Assembly (NCBI GenBank): GCA_035638115.1
Contig: DASRAN010000075.1
Location: forward strand, 28,252-92,251
Length of the DNA stretch: 64,000 nucleotides
Direction: 5' to 3'
Source of the DNA: Patescibacteria group bacterium
Lineage (GTDB): Bacteria > Acidobacteriota > Polarisedimenticolia > Gp22-AA2
Numbering within the stretch: the stretch's first letter is position 1; every line of letters begins with the position of its first letter. The notes under the pieces were generated by a model. It was not told where the DNA came from. It ran no database searches and saw nothing but the letters and a program-made list of their open reading frames with translations. The position numbers and the translations under genes were made by a program. Positions 19,254-28,761 of this stretch are shown here, piece after piece.

Positions 19254-20521
19254 GCCGCCGTCTGCCCGCGGTCGTCGCGGTGCTCGCCTTCCTCGTCCTG
19301 ACGGCTGTCGCCGCCGCCCGGGTCCGCGCCGATCTGGTCGACCCGCTGCGCCCGGCGCTCGAGCGCTTCGGCATGCAGGACCTGCGCGACAATTTCTACT
19401 ATCCCTCGGTCGCGCTCCTGCAGGGACGCAATCCCTATGACGTCGCCGACTACAAGACGCACTACCCGATCGATCGCCCGCTCCCGGCCTATTCGCCGAT
19501 CTCGCTTCTCGTCCACCTGCCGCTCGCGCTTCTGCCTCTGGGCGCCGCGGAGACGGCCGACTTCGTCGTCAACGCCGCGCTGCTCCTGGTGCTGGCGCGC
19601 GTCGCCCTGGCGGGCGCCGGCGCTCCGGTCACCGTCGCCCGCATCTTCGGGATCGCCGCCCTGATGACGCTGTCGCGCGCCGGGCAGCAGACGCTCTACA
19701 TCGGCCAGTGCGCGGTCTACGTCGCCCTCGGCTCGGCGATCGCCCTGGTGGAGGCGAGACGCCGGCCCTGGCTGGCGGGCGCCGGGATCGCGATCGCCTG
19801 CCTCAAGCCGAGCTACGGCCTGCCGCTCGGCTTCCTGATGCTCTGCCGGCGCGACGTCGGCGCCTTCGTGCGCGGCGCCGGTCTGGCCGCGCTGGCGGGG
19901 ATCGCCGGCGCGGTCGTCCCGATCGCCGCCGCCGGGGGGATCGCGCCCTTCGTCGCCTCGGTCCGGCACGGCATGCAGGTCGTGGCCACCGACCCGTCCT
20001 ATCACGAGGCGACGAGCCTCATCCGGATCGACGTCGGCGCGCTGTTCGGGCGCTTCCTCGGCCGGTCGCCCGGCGCCGCGATCGAGATCCTGCTCGGGAT
20101 CCTGATCCTCGGCTCGGCCGGGGCGATCCTGTGGACACGCGAAGCGCGCGCCGCGGCCGGCGGCGGGGAGCGGGAGCCGCGGCCGGCGGGTGACGGGCTG
20201 GCCTGCCTGGCTCTGCTGCTGGGGCTCTATCACCAGTCCTACGACGCGCTCCTGCTCGTCCTGCCGGTCACCGCCCTCTTGTTCGGCTCGCGGGTGTGGC
20301 GCCCGGCGGCCGGCGGGACGTGGACGCGGGCGGCGCTCCTCGCGCTGCTCCTCGTCCCGTGGTTCAATCTTCTCGCCACGCACGCGGTCCTGAATCGCGT
20401 CGAGACGGTGCGGGCGCTCTGGCTGCCGCTCGCCACCGCCAACGGAGCCGCGCTCCTGCTGGCTTATCTCACCTGGGCGTGGGGGATGTCGCGGACAGCG
20501 CCGCCGCGTTCGCCGCCATGA
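19250..20521 (+). CDS. Polytopic membrane glycosyltransferase, DUF2029/GT87-like (polyprenol-phosphate-sugar dependent)
   Basis: 423 aa with multiple TM segments. The GTG at 19250 overlaps the paralog 3 stop (GTGA). The family call rests on topology and context and is weaker. Confidence 0.5.
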   Translation: MSRRLPAVVAVLAFLVLTAVAAARVRADLVDPLRPALERFGMQDLRDNFYYPSVALLQGRNPYDVADYKTHYPIDRPLPAYSPISLLVHLPLALLPLGAAETADFVVNAALLLVLARVALAGAGAPVTVARIFGIAALMTLSRAGQQTLYIGQCAVYVALGSAIALVEARRRPWLAGAGIAIACLKPSYGLPLGFLMLCRRDVGAFVRGAGLAALAGIAGAVVPIAAAGGIAPFVASVRHGMQVVATDPSYHEATSLIRIDVGALFGRFLGRSPGAAIEILLGILILGSAGAILWTREARAAAGGGEREPRPAGDGLACLALLLGLYHQSYDALLLVLPVTALLFGSRVWRPAAGGTWTRAALLALLLVPWFNLLATHAVLNRVETVRALWLPLATANGAALLLAYLTWAWGMSRTAPPRSPP

Positions 20522-21860
20522 AGCGATCGACCAGGGCCACGACCTCGTTGTTGTTCAACGTGGCGCAGCGCAGCAGGGCGGTGTTGACGACCTGGAAGGG
20601 CCGCGCGAGCTCCGGCGCCCCGCCGCCTTCCGGCGGCGGCGTGTCCCGCACCAGCGGCAGCGGCTGCACGTGGCGCGCCCGGTGCACGCCGGCGTAGAGG
20701 GCGCGAGACGCCTCGAAACCGGGGAACAGGCGCTTCAGCCCCCTGTCGATCAGACCTTCGCGCAGCGCGGCGTCGCCGGCCTCCATCTGATCCGACGCGC
20801 TGTCCATGTATCGCGGCAGGTAGATCAGGCTCAGGCCGCGCGTCTCCTCCGGGCGCGAGATCAGGTTGGTCATCTCGATGAGACCGGTCAGCTCCACCGA
20901 CGGCTCGCCGATGTTGAGCACGTAGTACGGCGTCAGGGGCTTCTCCAGGACCAGGACGAGACAGGCGACGCCCAGGTAGGTGACGGCGGTCGGGTTGTCG
21001 CGCTCGAACCTCTCGACGACCGGTCGCAGCTCCGGCCCGACCACCTGGCGCGCCAATCCGGTCGGGGCGGTGAAGAAGACCTGGTCGAACAGCTCGCTCG
21101 TCTCGGAGCCGGGGGCGTCGGCCCAGGTCACGCGGCAGGAGGCGGGCCCGGCGCCGCTCCCCGCGGCCCCGGTCATGCCTTCGATCCTCCGCACCGGCGC
21201 GCCGGTCCTGACGCGCGCCCCGGCCGCCCGGAGGCTCTCCGCGAAGCGTCCGAGGATGGCGTGATAGCCGCCATGGACGTAACCCAGGTTCTCGCTTCCC
21301 GCGGCGGCGCTGCGGGCCCCGAACAGGCGCTTGAGCGTCGCGTAGATGAAGACCGCCGCCACCTGGTCGTGGAACGGACCGAACTTGGCGCGCAAAAGCG
21401 GCTGCCAGAAGACCTCGTACCCCCGCCGCCCGCAGATCCGGGTCAGCCACTCGGCCGCGGTCACGAGATACAGCGGCTCCGGTCTCGCGATCCGGGTCGC
21501 GTAAAGGACCGCCGCCCCCAGCCGCGCCTTGTCCCAGGCGCTCAGCAGCGGGAAACGCAGGAAGTCGCGGTTGCCGTTCATGTCGTGGAACCGGCCGCGC
21601 GCGTAGTAGCCGGTGCCGGTCTTCGTCCAGCGCAGCGCGTCCTTGAGCCCGAGCTCGTCGAGCAGCGCGATGAGGCTCTGATCCTGGGGGAGGATGCAAT
21701 GGTAGAACCGGTCCCAGACGAACGGTCCGTAGTCCTGGGACGCGGCGAGACCGCCGAGGACGGGACCCGCTTCGAGCAGGTGCACCGCGTGGCCGGCCCG
21801 GGCGAGACGGTGCGCGAGGGTGAGGCCGAGGATCCCGCCCCCGACCACCGCGGCCTTCAT
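20469..21860 (-). CDS. NAD(P)/FAD-dependent oxidoreductase (amine-oxidase/protoporphyrinogen-oxidase-like fold)
   Basis: N-terminal Rossmann motif MKAAVVGGGILGLTLA...LLEAGPVLGG. The start at 21860 overlaps the stop of the upstream acetyltransferase (ATGA). Last gene of the minus-strand operon. Confidence 0.7.
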   Translation of the reverse strand: MKAAVVGGGILGLTLAHRLARAGHAVHLLEAGPVLGGLAASQDYGPFVWDRFYHCILPQDQSLIALLDELGLKDALRWTKTGTGYYARGRFHDMNGNRDFLRFPLLSAWDKARLGAAVLYATRIARPEPLYLVTAAEWLTRICGRRGYEVFWQPLLRAKFGPFHDQVAAVFIYATLKRLFGARSAAAGSENLGYVHGGYHAILGRFAESLRAAGARVRTGAPVRRIEGMTGAAGSGAGPASCRVTWADAPGSETSELFDQVFFTAPTGLARQVVGPELRPVVERFERDNPTAVTYLGVACLVLVLEKPLTPYYVLNIGEPSVELTGLIEMTNLISRPEETRGLSLIYLPRYMDSASDQMEAGDAALREGLIDRGLKRLFPGFEASRALYAGVHRARHVQPLPLVRDTPPPEGGGAPELARPFQVVNTALLRCATLNNNEVVALVDRFMAANAAALSATSPTPR

Positions 21861-22531
21861 CGCGCCGAGACGATCGGGCTCTTGGGGCTCAGACCGTCCG
21901 CGTCGCGAACGTAGACGCGCCCGCACCGCTCGCAGGTCAGCTCGCGCGCGCCGGCGGCGCCGGTCGCGGCCCCGCCCCGCGGCGCGGTGGCGTCCGGGCC
22001 GCGCAGGAGCGGATGCCCGCAGGCCGAGAGCCAGCCGGCGACGCGCGCCGGGTTGCCGACGACGAGGGCGTGCGGCGGCACCTCGCGGGTGACGACCGAG
22101 CCCATGCCGACCATGGCGAATTCGCCCAGGAGGACGCCCGGACCGATGGTGGCGTTGGCGCCGATGGTCACGCCGCGGCGCACGCGGGTCAGGAGCGTCT
22201 CCTCGGTCGGGTCGGAGGTCTCGAGGCCGGTCAGATCGGGCCTCCCGGAACGCGGAAAGCGATCGTTGGTGAACACCGTGTGCGCCGACAGCATGCAGAA
22301 GTCCTCGATCGCCACGCCGGCGCAGATGTAGACCGAGGCGTTGATCTTGACGTAGTTGCCGATCACGACGTCGTAGGCGACGTAGCTCTTCTCGCCGACG
22401 ATGCAGTCGTGACCGATGCGCGCGCCGCGACGGATGTGGACGCCGTCCCAGACACGCGTGCCGGAGCCCAGGATCACCCCCTCCTCGACCAGCGCGGTGG
22501 GGTGCACCCAGGCGGGGGCGCCGCCGCTCAT
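21857..22531 (-). CDS. Sugar N-acetyltransferase, left-handed beta-helix (hexapeptide) family, WbpD/PglD-like, with a Cys-rich C-terminal tail
   Basis: Hexapeptide repeats (IGHDCIVGEKSYVAYDVVIGNYVKI...VVGNPARV). The tail reads ACGH...CERCG. The ATG at 22531 overlaps the stop of the upstream dehydrogenase. Confidence 0.75.
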   Translation of the reverse strand: MSGGAPAWVHPTALVEEGVILGSGTRVWDGVHIRRGARIGHDCIVGEKSYVAYDVVIGNYVKINASVYICAGVAIEDFCMLSAHTVFTNDRFPRSGRPDLTGLETSDPTEETLLTRVRRGVTIGANATIGPGVLLGEFAMVGMGSVVTREVPPHALVVGNPARVAGWLSACGHPLLRGPDATAPRGGAATGAAGARELTCERCGRVYVRDADGLSPKSPIVSAR

Positions 22532-23535
22532 GCCGCCCCGTCGACCCGCAGCCAGTTGTTGCGGCTCGCGGACCGGTAGGCCGCCTCGACGACCTGCACC
22601 GAGGCGAGCGAATCTTCGGCGGAGATGATCGGCAGCTCCCGTCCCTTCAGGCAGCCGACGAAGTTGCCGAGCTGGCGGGCGAACGCCTTCAGCTTGTCGT
22701 ATCCGCTGCCGAACGGGACCCACTTGCTGCTCCCGTCCTGGCGGTACTTCGAGCCGCTCCAGCCGATCTGCAGCGTGCCGTCCGAGCCGAAGACCTGCAC
22801 GTAGTGGGGCGATTCCTTGGTGATGGTCCAGGACAGGTCGAAGGTGCCGATGACGCCGCCCTGGGTGAGGAACTGGACGCGCACCGTGTCCTCGACGTCG
22901 AGCCCCTGCCACGCGATGCCGTTCTGCGCCTGCACGTCGACGATCGGCCCCAGGAGATAGCGCGCGATGTCGGCGGAGTGCGAGCCGTTGTCGATCAGCA
23001 CGCCGCCTCCGGAGATGCCGCGGTCGGCGTTCCAGCGATCCTGCATCGAGATCTTGCTGCAGAAGGAGTTCTCGTACATGACGATGCGGCCCAGGATCCC
23101 CGACTCGATGATCGCCTTCGCCTTGATGATGTCGTCGACGTAGCGGAACTTGGACGCCATCATCAGGAGGAGATCACGCTCGCGGGAGAGCGCCACGAGC
23201 GATCGCGCCTGCTCCGACTGGATGGTCAGCGGCTTCTCGCACAGGACGTGGACGCCGCGCTCCAGGAAATGCCGCGCGATGTCGTGATGCAGGCTGGGCG
23301 GCGTGCAGATGATCGCCGCGTCGATCGAGTCCAGGATGGCGGGCTCGCGGTAGTCGGCGTACAGGACGCACTTGTGCTCCTCCGCCACCGCCTCCCCGGC
23401 CGCCTTGCGGTTCTCCACCGCGACCGCGAGCTTCGCCTCCGGCAGCGTCGCCAGGGCCTGCAGGTGCGACTGGGCGATGCGGCCGCAGCCGATGATCCCG
23501 AACCGGACCGTCTGACCCTTCGTGACCCCCTTCAC
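22528..23535 (-). CDS. Gfo/Idh/MocA family oxidoreductase (UDP-sugar 3-dehydrogenase, WbpB-like)
   Basis: N-terminal FGIIGCGRIAQSHL Rossmann fold with the typical GFO_IDH_MocA C-terminal domain. Confidence 0.8.
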   Translation of the reverse strand: MKGVTKGQTVRFGIIGCGRIAQSHLQALATLPEAKLAVAVENRKAAGEAVAEEHKCVLYADYREPAILDSIDAAIICTPPSLHHDIARHFLERGVHVLCEKPLTIQSEQARSLVALSRERDLLLMMASKFRYVDDIIKAKAIIESGILGRIVMYENSFCSKISMQDRWNADRGISGGGVLIDNGSHSADIARYLLGPIVDVQAQNGIAWQGLDVEDTVRVQFLTQGGVIGTFDLSWTITKESPHYVQVFGSDGTLQIGWSGSKYRQDGSSKWVPFGSGYDKLKAFARQLGNFVGCLKGRELPIISAEDSLASVQVVEAAYRSASRNNWLRVDGAA

Positions 23536-23560
23536 GATGCCGTCCCTCCCCCGTTCCCGC

Positions 23561-24787
23561 TCAGCCCAGCGCCCCGGCCGTCTCGCGGATGGCGCGGGCG
23601 ATCGCGTCGACGTGATCCTGCGTGTAGCGCTCGTTCCACGGCAGCACGACGACGCCGGCCAGCGCCTCCACGGCGCCCGGCGTGTCGCGCAGATCGTAGG
23701 TCACCGGCGGGTCGCCGCGGCGGTGCTCGCCGACGAACGGGAAGCGGCTGGCTCCGAAGGTTTTCTGATCCCGCAGCACCTCGCACTCGAAGGCGAGCTT
23801 CTGGATGTAGCGCGGCGCGCTGAAGATGCCGGCTTCCTTGAGCCGGGCGCCGAAGGCGTCGGCTCCGCCGCGGATGATCCCGGTGTCGATCCGGAGCGGG
23901 TACTTCCAGTAGACCGGGCTGGCGCCGGCGGTGATCTTGGGCGGCTGCACGCCGCGGACCCCTTCGATCTGCCGGGACAGGCTCTCGGCCATCGCCACCC
24001 GATGGCGCACCATCGCCGGCAGCTTGTCGAGCTGCGCCAGGGCCACCGCTCCGGCCAGCTCGGTCATCCGGTAGTTCAGCGCCAGGAAGTAATGGTCCGG
24101 CTTCGGATCGCCGTACCCCCAGGCCTTGTCGATGAACAGGCGCGCCCGGCGCCAGAGCGTCTCGTCGCGGGTGACCACCATGCCGCCTTCGCCCGCGGTG
24201 ATGTGCTTGGTCTGCTGCAGGCTGAAGCAACCGACGTCCCCGATCGTCCCGACCGGCTTCCCCTTGTAGGTCGCGCAGAAGGCCTGGGCGCAGTCCTCGA
24301 TCAGCCGGATCCCCTTCGCACGACACAGATCGACGATCGGATCCATGTCGCACGGGTTGCCGAACAGGTGCGTCACCATGACCGCGCGGGTGCGCCGGGT
24401 GATCTTCCGGGCGATGGTCGCGGCGGTCAGGTTGTAGGTCAGCGGGTCGACGTCGGCGAAGACCGGGATGGCGGTCTGGTACAGGATCGGCGTGATCGCC
24501 CCCATGTCGGTGATCGGCGTGGTGATGATCTCGTCGCCGGGCTCCGGGTCGATCGCCGCGACGGCGGCATGGATCGCCGCGGTCCCCGAGGTGGCGCAGC
24601 GGCAGTACGGGATGCCGATCGACGCCGCGAAGCGCTCCTCGAACGCGCGCACCGTCGTCCCCTTGGTGCAGTTGAGGGTCCCGGAGGCGATGACGCGCTT
24701 CAGGACGGCGATCTCCTCCTCGCCGAACGAGCGTCCGCTGATGTCGGCGTCGGACGGGAGGGTGACCTTGGTGCTCGTGGTGCTCAT
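23561..24787 (-). CDS. DegT/DnrJ/EryC1/StrS family PLP-dependent sugar aminotransferase (WbpE/ArnB-like)
   Basis: The 408-aa protein carries the conserved family lysine region (SLQQTKHITAGEGG). Its start overlaps the wecB stop (ATGA). Confidence 0.85.
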   Translation of the reverse strand: MSTTSTKVTLPSDADISGRSFGEEEIAVLKRVIASGTLNCTKGTTVRAFEERFAASIGIPYCRCATSGTAAIHAAVAAIDPEPGDEIITTPITDMGAITPILYQTAIPVFADVDPLTYNLTAATIARKITRRTRAVMVTHLFGNPCDMDPIVDLCRAKGIRLIEDCAQAFCATYKGKPVGTIGDVGCFSLQQTKHITAGEGGMVVTRDETLWRRARLFIDKAWGYGDPKPDHYFLALNYRMTELAGAVALAQLDKLPAMVRHRVAMAESLSRQIEGVRGVQPPKITAGASPVYWKYPLRIDTGIIRGGADAFGARLKEAGIFSAPRYIQKLAFECEVLRDQKTFGASRFPFVGEHRRGDPPVTYDLRDTPGAVEALAGVVVLPWNERYTQDHVDAIARAIRETAGALG

Positions 24788-26031
24788 GCACGGCCTCCGA
24801 TGGGGCCCGCTCCCTTGCGGGGCGGACCGGATGGTTGCGCCGCGACCGCGGCCGCGGGATCGAAATCTTCGGGCCTCGTCCCGAGACCCAGGCGAAACAG
24901 CACGGCGTCGAGGATCCGGCCGCTGGCCCGCCCGTCCCCGAACGGGCTGGGGTAGGGCGGCTCCCCCGCCCGCGTAGCCTGTGCCTCCAGATGGCGCCGC
25001 AGCTCGGCGAGGATCCTGTCCGGCCCGGTTCCGACCAGCATATTACTCCCCGTCTCCACCCCTTCGGGCCGCTCGGTGGTCTCCCGCGCCACCAGCACCG
25101 GGACTCCGAGGGTCGGGGCCTCCTCCTGGATGCCGCCCGAGTCGGTCAGGGCCACCCGGGCCCGGGCCAGGAGATCGACGAACGGAATGTAGGGCAGCGG
25201 GTCGAGCAGGTGCACGTTCGGGAGCCCGGAAAGAAGACGCCGGGCCGGCTCCTGGACGCGCGGATTGCGGTGCACGGGGTAGACGAAGCGGGCCCGCGGG
25301 TAGAGCCGCGCCGCGCTCGCGATCGCCTGCAGCACCTGCTCCAGCGGGGACGGGCCGGAGGAGCCCAGCGGCGCGATCCAGTTCTCGCGGCGATGCAGGG
25401 TGATCAGGACCAGCGGCTCCCCTTCACGCAGCGGGACGTCGCGCACTCCGTGCGCCGCCCGCAGATCGGCGCGCGCCAGGGTGGTGAGCAGGCTGTCGAT
25501 GACGGTGTTCCCGGTGACCAGGATTTCGGCGCGCGGCACCCCTTCGCGCACCAGGTTCGCGGCGCTCTGGGGCGTGGCGGCGAGGTGCAGGTCGGTCACC
25601 GTGCTCAGCATCCGGCGGTTGGCCTCCTCGGGCCAGGGATGGAAGCGGTTGAAGCTGCGCAGACCGGCCTCGACGTGCGCCACGGCGATCCGCTCGTGGA
25701 AGGCCGCCAGACCGGCGGCGAAGGCGCTGGTCGTGTCCCCCTGCACCACGACGAGGGCCGGCCGGTCACGCGCGTACAGCTCCGCGATGCGCGGGATGAC
25801 CCGGCAGACGATCTCGTTGAGCGACTGGTCGGGACGCATGATGTCGAGGTCGTCGTCCGGGGCGATGCCGAAGGGGCCGAGGATCTGGTCGACCATCTCG
25901 CGGTGCTGTCCGGTGACCGCCAGCCGGACCCGCAGCCGCGGCTCCGCGGCGAGCGCCTGGACGACCGGGAACAGCTTGATCGCCTCCGGCCGCGTGCCGA
26001 GGACGACCAGGACCAGGGGCCGCTCAGCCAA
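24784..26031 (-). CDS. wecB: UDP-N-acetylglucosamine 2-epimerase (non-hydrolysing), WecB/WbpI family
   Basis: LVVLGTRPEAIKLFPV...VVQGDTTS...HVEAGLRS motifs. The start at 26031 is TTG, so the true start is uncertain. Confidence 0.85.
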   Translation of the reverse strand: MAERPLVLVVLGTRPEAIKLFPVVQALAAEPRLRVRLAVTGQHREMVDQILGPFGIAPDDDLDIMRPDQSLNEIVCRVIPRIAELYARDRPALVVVQGDTTSAFAAGLAAFHERIAVAHVEAGLRSFNRFHPWPEEANRRMLSTVTDLHLAATPQSAANLVREGVPRAEILVTGNTVIDSLLTTLARADLRAAHGVRDVPLREGEPLVLITLHRRENWIAPLGSSGPSPLEQVLQAIASAARLYPRARFVYPVHRNPRVQEPARRLLSGLPNVHLLDPLPYIPFVDLLARARVALTDSGGIQEEAPTLGVPVLVARETTERPEGVETGSNMLVGTGPDRILAELRRHLEAQATRAGEPPYPSPFGDGRASGRILDAVLFRLGLGTRPEDFDPAAAVAAQPSGPPRKGAGPIGGRA

Positions 26032-27012
26032 GCGCGCGCTCCTGGCGCATGCGGCGCACGACGGCTCCCGGCGCGGCGCCGACCGCCCGGGCGTGCTCCT
26101 CGAGCGTGACGACGTCGTGGGTCGCGGTGAGACGGCGCAGGACGTCCTCGACGAACTCGACCTTGGCGGCCGTGGTCAGGTCCATGCCGGGGAAGAAGGC
26201 CAGCTCCTTCACCTGATCGCAGCCGAGAAAATCGAGCGGATGGAGGAGGAACGACGGCGTGACGCCGGAGAGGCGGCAGAGGGTCAGGGCCGTTTTCAGG
26301 TGGAGCATCGCCGCGGAGCGTGAGAACCGCATCAGATAGAGCAGGTAGCTCATGTGAAACGGCACCCGGACCACCGGCATGGTGGTGACCGGGATCTCGA
26401 CCAGCCTGTGGTCGTCGACCGACCAGGTGTAGGGGCGGATCGGCTGCAGCCCGTCGCGGAACGAGCCGAACAGCTTGCGGCGCTTCTCGCGCTCGGCGTC
26501 CGGCATGCCGCGGCTCTTCCAGAAGTAGTAGGCGCGCGCGAACGGCCCCAGGAAGGTCGGCAGCGTGCTGCAGTCGTACTGGTAGCCGCGGCTCACCAGG
26601 ACCCGGAGCGTGTCCGGGCTGAGACTGTAGCCGGGTCCGCGGAAGCCGACCGGCCGGCGCCCGGTCGCCTTCTCGATCGCCTCCTCGGCCCGCGCCACCT
26701 CGTCCTCGATCTCGGGACGCGTGTAGAGGTGGAACCAGGGTTCGTGGCGGAACGAGTGGTTGCCGATCTCGTGTCCCGCGGCGGAGAGCGCGCCGAGCGC
26801 CGCCGCGTTCTTCTCGAGCGCGGCGTCCTGCCCGACGACGAACAGGGTGGCGCGCAGCCCCTGACGTCGGAGCACCTCGAGCATGATCTTCGCGAGGGTG
26901 TCGAGATAGGACGGCAGCGCCTCCCAGCCCGGGTCGCCGTGAATCTTCATGTACGACCAGAGATTGTCGAGGTCGACCCCGAGGCTCAGGAGCGGGCGCG
27001 TCCCTTTCACGT
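26024..27012 (-). CDS. Polysaccharide deacetylase (NodB/CE4)
   Basis: LFVVGQDA...GHEIGNHSFRHE motifs. The GTG at 27012 overlaps the stop of the upstream gene (GTGA). The 5' 4 kb of the listed 26024..31087 ORF is shadow sequence antisense to the 29024..31381 gene. Confidence 0.75.
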
Positions 27013-28761
27013 CTTCTCCGTGCGCGCGTCGTGCGCGGCGATCGTCTCGCCCGCGACGCGTGGCGGCCTGGGTGCGGTCGCGTCGGCCTGTGGCGGCGGC
27101 GCGCCCGCACGGATCCGCAGTCCCAGGAGCTCGCGCAGGAGCCCCAGATGGCTCCAGATGGTCCGCGCGATCTTCATCTTCGACTCGCCGAACAGGCGCG
27201 ACTCCAGCGTCGTCGGGTATTCCACCACGCGCCCGCCGGCCAGACGCAGGCGGATCAGGATCTCGGCCACCCCCAGGAATCCCCCGTGCTCGATGCGGAG
27301 CCCCTCGACCGCCTCCTTGCGGTAGACGCGGAAGCAGCTGGTGTAGGTGTGGATCGATTTCCCCAGGAGCGCGCTGTACATGCGTGACAGGGAGCGCGAC
27401 AGGAACAGACGCCAGGGCGGGATGTTGAAGACCCTGCCCTGCGGATGATACGGGGAGGCCGTCACCAGATCGGCCTCGGCGATCATCGGGATCATGTTGG
27501 CCAGATCGTTCGGATCGTAGGAGCAGTCGCAGTCGATCGAGGCGACCACCGGGGTCGGAGCGTTCCGCAGCCCGGTCATGATCGCGGCGGCCACGCCGGC
27601 GTTCTTCGGGTGACGCAGGATGCGGCAGTCGGGAAAATCGGCGAACCGCTCCCGAAGACGGTCCCAGGTGGCGTCGCTGCTGCCGTCGTCCACCAGGTTG
27701 AAGAAGATCCGGTAACGCGTCCCGAGACGACGCCTGAGATCGAGGAGCGTGCCGCGCATGTACGGGATGTTCGCTTCTTCGTTGTACAGCGGCACCACCA
27801 GGGTCACCGGGGGCCGGTCGGCCGCCGCCGGCTCCTCGGCCCGGATCTCGATCGGCCGCTCGACGTGCGCCGGCGCCTCGGGACGGTCGCGCCACGGCAG
27901 GCCGAGATAGTCGCCGACCGGCTGGAACCGATAGGTGCGGAAATACTCCTCGAACACGTCGCGCGTCTTCCCGAGACTGCGGTACTGGCGGATGCGCTGC
28001 AGGCGGGAGATGCCGCGGATCTGCGGCTGGTCGCGATCGATCTCCCAGGGCATGAAGTAGAAGACGATCGGCGTGCGGCGCTTCCGGCTCCACCAGGCCA
28101 CCGCCTCGCGCAGCAGGACGTGCGGGAACTGGCGGACGTAGTTGCCACCGGAGAACGGGACACGCAGTCCGCCGGCGCTCACGGTCGAGACCGGCAGCTC
28201 CCAGATCGTCCGGGTGCCGGCGGAATGGCGGTGCTGGTGCGTCTCGAACATGCGCGGGTCGCCGGCGAAGCGGCGCAGGATCGGGTTGACGCTCGAGTCG
28301 TAGAGGTAACCCTCCTCGACCAGCACGTCGAGGACCCAGAGCTCGTGGCGCCGCATGATCCAGCGCGGGTGGCGATAGCCGAGGATCCGGTTCGAGCCGG
28401 CCGCCTCGAGCGCCTCCTTGGCGCGCTGCAGCTCCTCGCGCAGCTCCTCGGGGTGCGGCAGCATTCCCTTGACGCCGCCGCGGGGCCAGTAGCCGCGGCT
28501 GGCGATCTCGTGCCCGGCGTCGCGGATCATCCGGACCACTTCCGGCTGGCGCTCGGCGATCCAGCCGAGCACGAAGAAAGTGGCGGTGACCTGGTGCGCG
28601 GCCAGGAGGCCGAGCACCTCCTTGAGGCTGTTCTCGAGACGCGACTCGATCCGCGTCCAGTGCTTGCGCGCCACCACCCCGTCGAGGGAGGCGCCGTGGA
28701 AATAGTCCTCGACCGACACGGTCAGGATGTGCGGATGCTTCGGCTCGTCGGCCACTCCCAC
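27007..28761 (-). CDS. Fusion protein: N-terminal polysaccharide deacetylase (PEP-CTERM/XrtA-locus DUF3473-type) + C-terminal GT2 polyprenyl-phosphate glycosyltransferase (DPM1/ArnC/GtrB-like)
   Basis: N-terminus HILTVSVEDYFH...ATFFVLGW (deacetylase). C-terminus VTLVVPLYNEEANI...LVDDGSSDAT...DCDCSYDP (GT2 DxD/DAD). RBS AGGTGGGAG precedes the GTG at 28761. First gene of the 8-gene minus-strand operon. Confidence 0.75.
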   Translation of the reverse strand: MGVADEPKHPHILTVSVEDYFHGASLDGVVARKHWTRIESRLENSLKEVLGLLAAHQVTATFFVLGWIAERQPEVVRMIRDAGHEIASRGYWPRGGVKGMLPHPEELREELQRAKEALEAAGSNRILGYRHPRWIMRRHELWVLDVLVEEGYLYDSSVNPILRRFAGDPRMFETHQHRHSAGTRTIWELPVSTVSAGGLRVPFSGGNYVRQFPHVLLREAVAWWSRKRRTPIVFYFMPWEIDRDQPQIRGISRLQRIRQYRSLGKTRDVFEEYFRTYRFQPVGDYLGLPWRDRPEAPAHVERPIEIRAEEPAAADRPPVTLVVPLYNEEANIPYMRGTLLDLRRRLGTRYRIFFNLVDDGSSDATWDRLRERFADFPDCRILRHPKNAGVAAAIMTGLRNAPTPVVASIDCDCSYDPNDLANMIPMIAEADLVTASPYHPQGRVFNIPPWRLFLSRSLSRMYSALLGKSIHTYTSCFRVYRKEAVEGLRIEHGGFLGVAEILIRLRLAGGRVVEYPTTLESRLFGESKMKIARTIWSHLGLLRELLGLRIRAGAPPPQADATAPRPPRVAGETIAAHDARTEKT

